Assembly: GCA_965238075.1 (NCBI GenBank)
Contig: OZ250173.1
Span: forward strand, 2,816,001 to 2,880,000
Origin: Candidatus Entotheonellaceae bacterium
Lineage (GTDB): Bacteria > Tectomicrobia > Entotheonellia > Entotheonellales > Entotheonellaceae
Direction of reading: 5' to 3'
DNA length: 64,000 nucleotides
Position numbers and translations under genes: made by a program. Below, piece by piece: positions 8,437 to 20,652 of this stretch. Numbering within the stretch: position 1 is the stretch's first letter; each line of letters opens with the position of its first letter. The notes below the pieces were generated by a model that worked only from the letters and a program-made list of their open reading frames with translations, was not told the origin of the DNA and searched no databases.

Positions 8437-9498
8437 ATGATGAAGTATCGCCGAAACGCCTTGAGGCTCGGCTTTGCGGTTGGGGCTTGTATGCTTGCCT
8501 TGCTGGTTGGGACAGCCATGGCGGGGAACAATCCGGCGGATGAGAACTGGTGGCCGAGCGAATTCGGTGCCGATGATCAAGCCGGCGCGGTGAAATACAT
8601 CACCCCGGAGAAAGTCGTGGCGGCAGCCCAGTTGGTGAAGAAGGGCATGACGGCTACGTTGGGTATGCCGTACTACAATGGCATGCCGCTGGTGCCGGGC
8701 CGCACGTTTGCGCTGAGTATTCCCGGCGGCGGAACGCCGACCCATGGCCCCCTGAGCTGGGAAGGCGACAATTACCAGATGACCTTCATGGACGAATTGC
8801 TGACCGCCGAAATCGGACAGGTGGGCACGCAGTGGGACGGCCTGGGTCACCCGATGATCAAGGTCGCCGGTGTTCCCGGCTGGAAAGACGGCAATTATTT
8901 CTATAACGGGTTTCGTCTTGAAGATGTGGGCAGTCCCCGCGGTTTGAATGCTGTGGGTAACGAACACCTGGCCGAGATCGGCTTCTTCACGCGCGGCATC
9001 CTGATCGACATCGCCACCTTGAAGGGTGTGGACCGGCTGGACAAGGGCTATGCCATCACCATGGCCGACTACGAAGCCGCTTTGGCGGCGCAGGGCATTG
9101 ACGATGCCAGCAAGGGTGACGTGGTCCTGTTCCGCACCGGCTGGAATAGCCTGTGGAAGGATTACTCATCTATAGATCCGGTGACGATTGCGGAAGTCGG
9201 CTCCGGTGAGCCCGGCGTCAGCCCGGAAGTCTGCGATCACCTGGCAGCCAAGAAGATCTCCATGATCGGTTCCGACACTTGGGGCCTGGAGCCGTACGAT
9301 TTTTCCAAGGGCATGCCTGAGAGCTATTTTGCCTATTGCCACATGAACCTGGTCGCCCGTCGAGGCATCACCAACTTTGAGAACCTCGACCTGGACAAAC
9401 TGTCCCGCGAGAAGGCTTATGAGTTCGCCTTTGCGTGGTCGCCGCTGAAACTCGTCGGCGCCACCGGATCGCCGGGAAATCCTGTTGCCGCCTGGTAA
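8437..9498 (+). CDS. Secreted cyclase-family (kynurenine formamidase-like) metal hydrolase
   Basis: Signal peptide; WWPSEFGADDQAG; GTQWDGLGH; GDVVLFRTGW; ENLDL; GATGSPGNPVA. Confidence 0.85.
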   Translation: MMKYRRNALRLGFAVGACMLALLVGTAMAGNNPADENWWPSEFGADDQAGAVKYITPEKVVAAAQLVKKGMTATLGMPYYNGMPLVPGRTFALSIPGGGTPTHGPLSWEGDNYQMTFMDELLTAEIGQVGTQWDGLGHPMIKVAGVPGWKDGNYFYNGFRLEDVGSPRGLNAVGNEHLAEIGFFTRGILIDIATLKGVDRLDKGYAITMADYEAALAAQGIDDASKGDVVLFRTGWNSLWKDYSSIDPVTIAEVGSGEPGVSPEVCDHLAAKKISMIGSDTWGLEPYDFSKGMPESYFAYCHMNLVARRGITNFENLDLDKLSREKAYEFAFAWSPLKLVGATGSPGNPVAAW

Positions 9499-9515
9499 GT
9501 TAGGCGTTGTGTGTC

Positions 9516-9553
9516 GAGTGGAGTCGGTCTCCGGGCCGGCTCCGCTTTGGTTT
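9516..9553 (+). terminator. Probable intrinsic terminator
   Basis: Stem gagtggagtcggtc / ggccggctccgctt followed by T-rich bases, just after the stop codon. Confidence 0.55.
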
Positions 9554-9567
9554 GCCTGAAGCTGAGC

Positions 9568-9605
9568 TTTATTTGACTGCATTTGATTTATTTGACTGCA
9601 TCTGA
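9568..9605. repeat. 19-bp AT-rich tandem direct repeat (2 copies, 1 mismatch)
   Basis: tttatttgactgcatttga followed by tttatttgactgcatctga. Confidence 0.85.
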
Positions 9606-9638
9606 TCAGAATTGCCGCTGACGAAGGAGGAGAGACGC

Positions 9639-11249
9639 ATGGGTTGCCGGCCAGGCACCTACCTGGAATGGGACCATTACGGACGGCGTGCCTGGCGTCT
9701 TGGCATCGTCCTGTTGCTGATCGGGGCTTTTTTGCCCGCCGGCGTGCTGTATGGGCAGGGGGAGATGCAACAGGACGCGGTAGGGCAGGAGGCCGAGTTG
9801 CCTTCCGCGGTCGATGCACCGCCGGCGACAGGCGAGCGCGTGCTCGAGTTGACGCTCGAGGATGCCATCCAACTGGCCCTGCAGAACAGCCTGGCAATCG
9901 AACGCGAACGCTTCGGACCGCTCATTGCGCTGACCGATATTGATCGGGCCAAGGTGGAGTTTGACCCGACGGTTGGTGCGGAAGTGAACGTGTCGGAGGC
10001 GCAGAATTTGCGCGTGAACGACGTGGTCAAGCCGGTCCGCGACAGCCGCGGAACCCTTTCCGCCTACCTTCGCCAGCGCATTGTTACCGGCGGCAATTAC
10101 GAATTGCGCTTTGTCACGGCCCGCAGTGACCAGTCGCCTGTCAACACCGGCTTCGCTTCCCGTATCCACAACCCTCTCTATGAGAATAGTATCGAGCTGA
10201 CCTTCACGCACCCGGTGCTGCGCAACTTCGGCATTTCGGTCAACAAGGCACCGATTCGACAGGCGGAGATCAGAGAGCAAATCGCCGAGCAGAACGTTGT
10301 TCAGGCGATTCTGGATACGGTGTTTGCCGTGCACAGGGGCTACTGGGACCTGGTTTTCCGCATCCAGGACCTGGACGCCAAGCGTGAGTCGCAGCAACTC
10401 GCGGAAGACTTCCTGGCGGAGAACACCGTGCGGGTGGAATTGGGCACGCTGGCGCCGATCGAGTTGGTGCAGGCCGAGACGCAGGTGAAAACGCGACAGG
10501 GAGACGTCATCGTGGCGGAGGCCGTGCTGCGCGACGCCGACGATCAGCTCAAGGCGATTCTGAACATACCGGAGAGCATGGGCTCCTGGGGTGTGCGTCT
10601 GCAACCGACCGATAGTCCGTCTATTGCGCCGGTGTCAACGGCCGCCGTCGAGGAGCAGGTCGACATCGCCCTGCAGCAGCGGCCCGACTACCTCAGCTCG
10701 CAATTGGACATCAGAATACGGGAAATTTCGCGGGACGAGGCGTACAACCAGAGTCTGCCGCGCTTGGACGTCATTGGCACCGGCAGGCTGAACGCTAACG
10801 AAGGTGATCTCGGCGATACCTTTTCCGCTCTCCCGGACGGCGACGGCTACCAATGGGCCGTGGGTCTGCAGATGGAAATTACCCTTGGCAGCCGTGCCAA
10901 GCGGGCTCTGATTGATAAGCGCCAATTGGAGTTGCGTCAGGCGCGTATCGGCCAGCGCCAACTGGTACTTGCCATTGTGCAGCAGATTCGCCAGGCGGTG
11001 CGCAGTATCCAAACCAATATCCAGCGTGTGGAAGTCACGCGTTCGGCCACCATGCTGGCGCGCACCCAGCTTGAAGCGGAACAGGAAAAATTCCGTCTCG
11101 GCTTGTCGACCAGTTTCAACGTACTGGAATTTCAGGAAGACCTGACCAACGCGCTGAGCAATGAGACCCGAGCGTTGAGCGATTACAACGTGGCGTTGGC
11201 GCAACTCGACCAATTGACCGGCATGATGCAGTATCACGACGTGCAGTAG
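9639..11249 (+). CDS. TolC-family outer membrane protein
   Basis: LTLEDAIQLALQNS; YWDL; EQEKFRLGLST; RBS aggagg. Confidence 0.85.
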   Translation: MGCRPGTYLEWDHYGRRAWRLGIVLLLIGAFLPAGVLYGQGEMQQDAVGQEAELPSAVDAPPATGERVLELTLEDAIQLALQNSLAIERERFGPLIALTDIDRAKVEFDPTVGAEVNVSEAQNLRVNDVVKPVRDSRGTLSAYLRQRIVTGGNYELRFVTARSDQSPVNTGFASRIHNPLYENSIELTFTHPVLRNFGISVNKAPIRQAEIREQIAEQNVVQAILDTVFAVHRGYWDLVFRIQDLDAKRESQQLAEDFLAENTVRVELGTLAPIELVQAETQVKTRQGDVIVAEAVLRDADDQLKAILNIPESMGSWGVRLQPTDSPSIAPVSTAAVEEQVDIALQQRPDYLSSQLDIRIREISRDEAYNQSLPRLDVIGTGRLNANEGDLGDTFSALPDGDGYQWAVGLQMEITLGSRAKRALIDKRQLELRQARIGQRQLVLAIVQQIRQAVRSIQTNIQRVEVTRSATMLARTQLEAEQEKFRLGLSTSFNVLEFQEDLTNALSNETRALSDYNVALAQLDQLTGMMQYHDVQ

Positions 11250-11298
11250 TCCGGCGAAATTTCATCTCCTTCATCACGCCTTCCTCTGACGTGCAACT

Positions 11299-14107
<2,809 letters not shown>

Positions 14108-14121
<14 letters not shown>

Positions 14122-14899
14122 CCGCCGCCGCATCAAATTGCTGATTGCCTACAACGGCACGCGCTATCACGGCTGGCAGTTTCAGCCGCGGGCGGTCACG
14201 GTGCAGGGCACCCTGGAGTCCTGCCTGTCACGCATGACGAACGGTTCGGTACGCCTGCACGCCGCCGGTCGCACCGATGCCGGGGTACATGCCCTGGGGC
14301 AGGTAGCACATTTCGATACCGCTTCCGACATTGCCACGGCGTCGCTGGTGCGGGGGCTGAACAGCATGCTGCCGGATGACATCGTGGTGCGGCGAGCCGT
14401 CGAGGCGCCGGAAGATTTTCACGCCCGCTATGACGCAGTACGCAAGACGTACGTGTATCAACTGCACAATCATTCCGTTCCGTCGCTGCTGCGCGCCCAG
14501 TATGCCTGGCACGTGCCGCAGCGTCTCGACGTGCCTGCTATGAAGGCAGCCGCGCAGTTGTTAGTGGGCCGGCACGACTTTTCCGCCTTTCGGGTTGCGT
14601 TGCGGGCCGACGCGCGCCAGCCGGTGCGCTGCCTGTACCGATTGGTTTTGCGGCATCAGCCGCCGCGCCTCGTCTTCGTTTTGAGGGCCGACGGTTTTTT
14701 GTATCGCATGGCGCGCAGTATCGTCGGTACCCTGGTTGCGGTCGGGCGCGGCGCCATGCCGGCCGAAACGGTCGGCGACATGCTGCGTGCCAGGCAGCGA
14801 CAACAGGCCGGGCCCACCGCACCGGCGCATGGTTTGTTCCTGGTACACGTGTCCTATCGGAGGGGCAAGGCTTGCATGTTCCGCGCCGGTAGTCGATAA
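14108..14899 (+). CDS. truA: tRNA pseudouridine(38-40) synthase
   Basis: [35 protein letters not shown]. Confidence 0.95.
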
Positions 14900-14979
14900 T
14901 CCGCACCGCAGCGGCTGCCGGAGCATGTAAGGCCGCGTTCACGCCTTTACGACTACATCAAATAACACAGACCACGCCC

Positions 14980-15528
14980 ATGCCAACGATGTCCCATCTT
15001 CGGCAGGTTCTGCCGTTAGCCCTGACCCTGTTCGTCCTCTGGCTGATTCTCTCCGGGAAATTCGACGCCTTCCACGTGTCCATTGGCGCCGTGAGCGCCC
15101 TGTGCGTCGCGCTGGGGACGCGCCGCTTGCTGCTTTTGCCGCCCGCTATCGGGCCGCCGGGCACGCATCCCACAAATGTGTTGCCTTTGCGTTTCCTGGG
15201 CTACATCCCGTGGCTCATCTGGCAGATTGTCGTGTCGAGCCTGCACGTCGCCTATGTCGTCCTGCACCCCAAGATGCCCATTCAGCCGCGCCTGCTGCGC
15301 TTTGACACCTCGTTCCCGCACGTCCTGGCACAATTGACCCTCGCCACCTCGATCACCTTGACACCGGGCACCGTCACCCTCGACGTCGATAACGACGAAT
15401 TCCTCGTGCATGCCCTCACGGACACCAGCGCTAAGGGGCTGGAACCGCAGGGTGGCCCCATGCATCGGCGCGTGGCGGCGCTGTTCCAGCCATCGCACAC
15501 CGGCCAAGGCACAAGATCAACACGATGA
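14980..15528 (+). CDS. mrpE: Mrp/Mnh antiporter subunit E
   Basis: SITLTPGTVT, FLVHAL. Confidence 0.85.
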   Translation: MPTMSHLRQVLPLALTLFVLWLILSGKFDAFHVSIGAVSALCVALGTRRLLLLPPAIGPPGTHPTNVLPLRFLGYIPWLIWQIVVSSLHVAYVVLHPKMPIQPRLLRFDTSFPHVLAQLTLATSITLTPGTVTLDVDNDEFLVHALTDTSAKGLEPQGGPMHRRVAALFQPSHTGQGTRSTR

Positions 15529-15797
15529 ATACCTATTTTCTCGGTGCCGCGCTTGCGCTCGCGGTCGCCATGACGCTGTCGCTTTACCGCGTGCTGCGCG
15601 GTCCGACGACTTTCGACCGCCTGACGGGCCTGGGCCTCATCGGCACCAAGACGATCGTGCTGCTGGTGCTGCTGGGCTTCCTGACCGAGCGGGTGGAAAT
15701 CTTCGTTGACATCACGCTGGCGTACGGTCTGATCAGCTTCATCGGCAGTGTGGTGCTGGCGAAGTACTTTGAACAAAAAGGAGCCGACGAGCCATGA
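15525..15797 (+). CDS. mrpF: Mrp/Mnh antiporter subunit F
   Basis: RVLRGPTTFDR; three TM helices. Confidence 0.9.
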   Translation: MNTYFLGAALALAVAMTLSLYRVLRGPTTFDRLTGLGLIGTKTIVLLVLLGFLTERVEIFVDITLAYGLISFIGSVVLAKYFEQKGADEP

Positions 15798-16099
15798 TCC
15801 TCGCCGCCAACGTCCTGCTGGTTATCGGTCTGGTGTTCATCATGCTGGGCGTGCTGGGCATTCTGCGGTTGCCCGATTTTTACACCCGCCTGCACGCCAT
15901 GGGCAAATGCGACACCCTGGGCGTGGCTCTGGTGCTGATCGCGCTGGCCATTCACGAGGGCGTTTCGCTCTACAGCCTGAAGATCGTGCTGATCTCGGTT
16001 TGCATTGGTTTGGCGAACCCGACAGCCACGCATGCGCTTGGCCGGGCAGCCTACAGGTCCGGGTTGATGCCCTGGCGCGGTGACGAGGAGCGCTCGTAA
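15794..16099 (+). CDS. mrpG: Mrp/Mnh antiporter subunit G
   Basis: [22 protein letters not shown]. Confidence 0.9.
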   Translation: MILAANVLLVIGLVFIMLGVLGILRLPDFYTRLHAMGKCDTLGVALVLIALAIHEGVSLYSLKIVLISVCIGLANPTATHALGRAAYRSGLMPWRGDEERS

Positions 16100-16341
16100 T
16101 GGTGTCGTTGTCCATCTTCTTTCAGGTGCTGATCGTGGTTTGCGCGGTGGCCGCGGTGTTCACACACGATCTGCTGGCGGCGGTGGCGATTTTCGGAGCG
16201 TTCAGCTTTTTCTCGGCCATCTATTTCGCCATCCTGGGGGCGCTCGACGTGGCCTTTACCGAGGCGGCGGTCGGTGCGGTGATTACCACGGTGTTTTTCG
16301 TCACGGCCATTTTCCGCACGGCGCGGAGGACCAAGCGGTGA
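16099..16341 (+). CDS. Mrp subunit B-related (DUF4040/MbhD-like)
   Basis: [13 protein letters not shown]. Confidence 0.85.
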   Translation: MVSLSIFFQVLIVVCAVAAVFTHDLLAAVAIFGAFSFFSAIYFAILGALDVAFTEAAVGAVITTVFFVTAIFRTARRTKR

Positions 16342-16628
16342 AAGCTGTTACGTGGGTGGTCTTCGCGTTGGCCGCAGGAGTGCTGTTTTACGCTGCCAGC
16401 GATTTGCCGCGCGTCGGCGATATCGAGGCGCCGGCGTCGGTGCACGTGTCGCCGCGATATATCGCCAAGAGCCACGACGAAACCGGTGCGCCGAACTTCG
16501 TCACCGGCGTGCTGGCGGACTACCGGGGCTACGACACGCTGGGGGAAACGACGGTCATTTTCACGGCCGGCCTGGCGTGCCTGCTGATTCTCGGGGTGCG
16601 CCTGGGTGCTGGGGGTGACGACCAATGA
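16338..16628 (+). CDS. Mrp subunit B-related (MbhE-like)
   Basis: GTG start overlapping the previous stop; [22 protein letters not shown]. Confidence 0.85.
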   Translation: MKAVTWVVFALAAGVLFYAASDLPRVGDIEAPASVHVSPRYIAKSHDETGAPNFVTGVLADYRGYDTLGETTVIFTAGLACLLILGVRLGAGGDDQ

Positions 16629-17059
16629 GAATGCCTTTCGGCAGCGCGGTGCTGGATGCTGCTTGTCGCTTACTGGTGCCCTTCGTCCTGATCTTCGCCG
16701 TGTACGTCATTGCGCACGGTCACGACAGCCCGGGCGGTGGCTTTCAGGGCGGCACCATCCTGGCAGCCGCGGTCATCCTCATTCGGCTGGTTCACGGGCA
16801 GGATGCCATTTGGGGGCTGACCCGTGTCGGCGCCCTGCGGCTGGCCTGTTGCGGTGTGGGCTTGTTCGCCGGCATCGGTTTCCTGAGCCTATTGTTCGCC
16901 GGCAACTACCTGGACTACGGAGTGCTGCCGCTGCCGTTGGAGACGGTCAAGGTCCGGGTCATGGGCACCTTGGGCATCGAGATCGGCGTGGCGATGGCCG
17001 TTACCGGCGTTCTGGTGCTGATTTTCGATGCCCTGACCGCCTGGGGCGAGGAGGACTGA
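16625..17059 (+). CDS. mrpB: Mrp/Mnh antiporter subunit B
   Basis: [13 protein letters not shown]. Confidence 0.9.
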   Translation: MRMPFGSAVLDAACRLLVPFVLIFAVYVIAHGHDSPGGGFQGGTILAAAVILIRLVHGQDAIWGLTRVGALRLACCGVGLFAGIGFLSLLFAGNYLDYGVLPLPLETVKVRVMGTLGIEIGVAMAVTGVLVLIFDALTAWGEED

Positions 17060-17063
17060 TGCC

Positions 17064-17429
17064 GTGTGGGAGAACTTGTCGGGCTACCTGAATTACTGGC
17101 TTGCCGCCGTGCTCTTGCTCATCGGGCTGTACGGTATGCTGGGCCGACCCAATCTGGTCAAGAAGCTCATGGCCATGAACATCCTGCAGGTGGCGGCGAT
17201 TCTGTTCTTCATTGCCTTGGCGGAAAAGACGGGTGCGACGGCCCCGATTGAGGTCAAGGGCCTGCACGACGTGAGCGCTTACGTCAATCCGCTGCCGCAT
17301 GCGCTGATGCTCACCGCTATCGTTGTCGGCGTCAGCACAACGGGCGTCGCGCTGGCCTTGCTCATCCGCATCCACCGGCATTTCGGCACCCTGGAGGAGC
17401 CTGAAATTCTCGAAAGGATGCGCCTATGA
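17064..17429 (+). CDS. mrpC: Mrp/Mnh antiporter subunit C
   Basis: NPLPHALMLTAIVVGV. Confidence 0.9.
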   Translation: MWENLSGYLNYWLAAVLLLIGLYGMLGRPNLVKKLMAMNILQVAAILFFIALAEKTGATAPIEVKGLHDVSAYVNPLPHALMLTAIVVGVSTTGVALALLIRIHRHFGTLEEPEILERMRL

Positions 17430-18901
17430 CGGCGCATCTGCCGGTTCTGATCGTTGTCCTGCCGCTCGCGGCCGCCGTGGCCGTGCCCCTTGTTGCGCTG
17501 GTGTCCCTGAAGGCGGCGTTCGCCGTCTCGTGTCTGACGCTTGCGGCCGCTGGTGTGGCCAGTTGCGCGGCGTTGTCGCATGTGCTGGCGCACGGCGTTT
17601 TGCGGTACGAGCTAGGCGGCTGGGCACCGCCGTGGGGCATCGAGTACGTTGTCGATCCGCTGTCCGGGGGCATGGCGGCCCTGATCACGCTCGTCGCCGT
17701 GTGCGTCGCGGTATATGCCGGCCCGCGGGTCAACGGCGGCTCGGCGGCGCGCGCCGGCATGTTTCATAGCCTGTTCCTGCTCCTCGTCACCGGCCTGTTG
17801 GGCATCGTGCTGACGGGGGACATGTTCAACCTCTACGTGTTCCTGGAAATCTCGTCGCTGGCCGCCTACGCCCTGCTGGCCTCGGGCGGCATTCGCGGCA
17901 CGGTGGCAACTTTCCGTTATCTCATCGTCGGCACGATTGCCGCGACGTTCTACCTGCTGGGAACCGGCTACCTGTACGCCCTCACCGGCACGCTCAACAT
18001 GGCCGACATGGCGGCGCGCCTGACGGCTGTCATGGATGCACGGGCTTACGGCGTTGCGGTGGTGCTGATCGTCATCGGGCTGGCGATCAAGGCGGCGCTG
18101 TTCCCGCTGCACGGCTGGCTGCCGGACGCTTACACGTATGCGCCGGCGCCGGTCACCGGCTTCATCGCCGCGGTGATGACGAAGGTTAGTGCGTACGCGC
18201 TGTTCCGAGTGCTCTACTTCGTAACGCCCGCCGAGGGGGCTTCGGCGCAGGCCCTGATGCTGTTGGGTTGGGTGTCGGTCATTGCCGTGCTGGCGGGTTC
18301 CATCCTGGCGATGGCGCAGCAGGATATCCGTCGCATGTTGGCCTATTCGAGCGTCGGGCAGATGGGCTACATCGTTCTCGGCCTGTCGCTGGGCACTCCG
18401 GCTGCGTTGATTGGCTCGCTGTTGCACCTGTTCGGCCACGCCATCATGAAAGGCTGCCTGTTCCTGGTTGTCGGCGGTATCCGGTGGCGCACGGGCATAT
18501 ACAAGATTAGCGATTATACCGGCATGGGCCGCCGCATGCCGCTGACCATGGCCGCGTTTGTCGTCGCGGCGCTGGCCATGATCGGGCTGCCGCCGACCTT
18601 GGGCTTCTTCAGCAAATGGTATTTGCTCAGCGGCGCCGTCGAGGCGGGCGCCTGGCTGTTCGTGGTGGCGCTGGTGCTGAGCAGCCTGCTGAGCGTCGTG
18701 TACTTCTTCCGCGTGTTCGAATTCGCCTACCTGAAAGCGCCGGAAGCGGGGCAGGGTACGCCGCCAAGGCAGGAACTCCCCCTGCACATGCTGGCGCCGA
18801 TTCTCGTTCTCACGGCCGCCGTGCTGGTCTTCGGCCTGTTGAACCAGCAGGTTGTGGGCGGCATCATCCGCCACGCGCTGCCGGGCGCCCTGGCGCCATA
18901 G
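17426..18901 (+). CDS. mrpD: Mrp subunit D-like antiporter subunit
   Basis: GDMFNLYVFLEI, KAALFPLHGWLPDAY, GFFSKW. Confidence 0.9.
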   Translation: MTAHLPVLIVVLPLAAAVAVPLVALVSLKAAFAVSCLTLAAAGVASCAALSHVLAHGVLRYELGGWAPPWGIEYVVDPLSGGMAALITLVAVCVAVYAGPRVNGGSAARAGMFHSLFLLLVTGLLGIVLTGDMFNLYVFLEISSLAAYALLASGGIRGTVATFRYLIVGTIAATFYLLGTGYLYALTGTLNMADMAARLTAVMDARAYGVAVVLIVIGLAIKAALFPLHGWLPDAYTYAPAPVTGFIAAVMTKVSAYALFRVLYFVTPAEGASAQALMLLGWVSVIAVLAGSILAMAQQDIRRMLAYSSVGQMGYIVLGLSLGTPAALIGSLLHLFGHAIMKGCLFLVVGGIRWRTGIYKISDYTGMGRRMPLTMAAFVVAALAMIGLPPTLGFFSKWYLLSGAVEAGAWLFVVALVLSSLLSVVYFFRVFEFAYLKAPEAGQGTPPRQELPLHMLAPILVLTAAVLVFGLLNQQVVGGIIRHALPGALAP

Positions 18902-18922
18902 CCAAACGGAAGGGCTCCGTCC

Positions 18923-20425
18923 ATGTCCCACTATCCGCTCCTGGCCGTGCTGGTTTCCTTGCTCGCCGCCGGGGCGATTCTGCTCTCCGACCGGCGCCCG
19001 AATGTGCGCGAGGCGTGGACGTTCGCTGCCGCCGCCGTCAAGTTTCTGCTGGTGGTTTCGATGCTGCCGACGGTCCTGGCCGGCGGCGTCATCGAAGCTA
19101 CCTACGCCGAGTTGCTGCCCGGCTGGTCCCTGCACCTGCGCGCCGACCTGTTCGGCCTCATCTTCGCCCTGCTCGCCTCCGGCTTGTGGATTCTCACCTC
19201 CATTTATTCAATCGGCTACATGCGCGCCGGGCATTACACCCACCAGACCGGCTATTTCGCCTGCTTCGCGGTGTGCCTGTCCGCCACCATGGGCATTGCC
19301 TTCGCCGGCAATCTGATCACCTTTTTTCTGTTCTATGAGATGTTGACCCTGGCCACCTATCCCCTGGTGGTGCACGACCGCACCGAGGAGGCGGTGTCGG
19401 CGGGCAGAAAATACCTGGCGTACACTCTCGGTGCCGGGCAGTTGCTGCTGCTAGCCATTGTCGCCATCGCAATTCTAGCGCCGGGCGCGTCGTTCCAGCC
19501 CGGCGGCTTCCTTATGGGCAAGGCGCCGCTGGGCGTGCTGGGACTGGTGTTCGTTCTGGGCCTGATCGGCGTCGGGGCCAAGGCGGCCATCATGCCGTTG
19601 CACAGCTGGCTGCCGGCCGCCATGGTGGCGCCGACTCCGGTAAGCGCGTTGCTGCATGCCGTGGCGGTAGTCAAGGCCGGAACCTTCGGCTGCCTGCGGC
19701 TGGTGCATTACGTGTTCGGCGTCGATCTACTGCGGGCCATGGGGGCGGACACGGTTCTGGCGGTGGCCGCGGCGCTGACCATCCTGCTGGCGTCGGTGCG
19801 CGCCCTGGGCGAGCAGAATCTCAAGCGCCGGCTGGCCTATTCCACGGTAAGCCAACTCTCCTACATCGTCCTGGGCGCAGCGCTCGGTTCGACGGCCGCG
19901 GTGGCCGGCGCGATGTTCCACATCGTGGCGCACGGCTTTATGAAAATCACCTTGTTCTTCTGTGCCGGGGCCATTTACATCAAGACACACAAGCTGGAAA
20001 TCCCCGACTTGGCGGGCCTGGGCCGGCAAATGCCCATCACCTTCGGCGCCTTTACTCTCGGCGCGCTGGGACTGGCCGGCATGCCGTTGTGCGTCGGCTT
20101 CATCAGCAAATGGAATCTGGGCATGGGGGCGCTGCAATCTGGCCAGGCCGTGTTTCTAGCGGTGTTTGTCGCCAGCGGCATTCTCAATTTCGCCTACTTT
20201 TTCCCCATCGTTTACACTGCTTTCTTTGGTCGACCCGAGCAGGTCCGTCGCTTCGACGAGGTTGGCGCCGCCCTGTGGGCACCCTTGGCCGCGACGGCGG
20301 TTGTTTCGCTCATCCTGGGCGTCTATCCGAACGCCGGGCTGCAGTTTTACCACCTGGCGTGGAGCGCTGCCGAAAGCGTCATGGCCGGGTCAGGGCAGGC
20401 GCTGGCAGGAGGAGGGATGCCTTGA
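18923..20425 (+). CDS. Second MrpD/NuoL-M-N-like proton-conducting subunit
   Basis: FLFYEMLT, PLHSWLPAAMVAPTPVSALLHAVAVVKAG. Confidence 0.9.
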   Translation: MSHYPLLAVLVSLLAAGAILLSDRRPNVREAWTFAAAAVKFLLVVSMLPTVLAGGVIEATYAELLPGWSLHLRADLFGLIFALLASGLWILTSIYSIGYMRAGHYTHQTGYFACFAVCLSATMGIAFAGNLITFFLFYEMLTLATYPLVVHDRTEEAVSAGRKYLAYTLGAGQLLLLAIVAIAILAPGASFQPGGFLMGKAPLGVLGLVFVLGLIGVGAKAAIMPLHSWLPAAMVAPTPVSALLHAVAVVKAGTFGCLRLVHYVFGVDLLRAMGADTVLAVAAALTILLASVRALGEQNLKRRLAYSTVSQLSYIVLGAALGSTAAVAGAMFHIVAHGFMKITLFFCAGAIYIKTHKLEIPDLAGLGRQMPITFGAFTLGALGLAGMPLCVGFISKWNLGMGALQSGQAVFLAVFVASGILNFAYFFPIVYTAFFGRPEQVRRFDEVGAALWAPLAATAVVSLILGVYPNAGLQFYHLAWSAAESVMAGSGQALAGGGMP

Positions 20426-20652
20426 AACGAGCAGCGGCCGTTCTGGTTGCTGGGGTCATCGGCGTGAGTGTGGTGCTGGAAATCATGTATCGCCATCACG
20501 GCCACCCAGTGTTCTGGTGGCAGGCGACGCCGGTGTTCGATTTCGTCTACGGAACCGCCGGGTGTCTGGCGCTGGTGCTCGGCGCCAAGTGGCTGGGCCA
20601 CGCCTGGCTGCAACGAGACCACCTGTACACCGACGAGGATGAGCCGGCATGA
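20422..20652 (+). CDS. Small two-TM membrane protein of the Mrp operon
   Basis: TTG start overlapping the upstream stop; MKRAAAVLVAG...FWWQATPVFDFVYG...LQRDHLY; overlaps the next ATG. Confidence 0.65.
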   Translation: MKRAAAVLVAGVIGVSVVLEIMYRHHGHPVFWWQATPVFDFVYGTAGCLALVLGAKWLGHAWLQRDHLYTDEDEPA

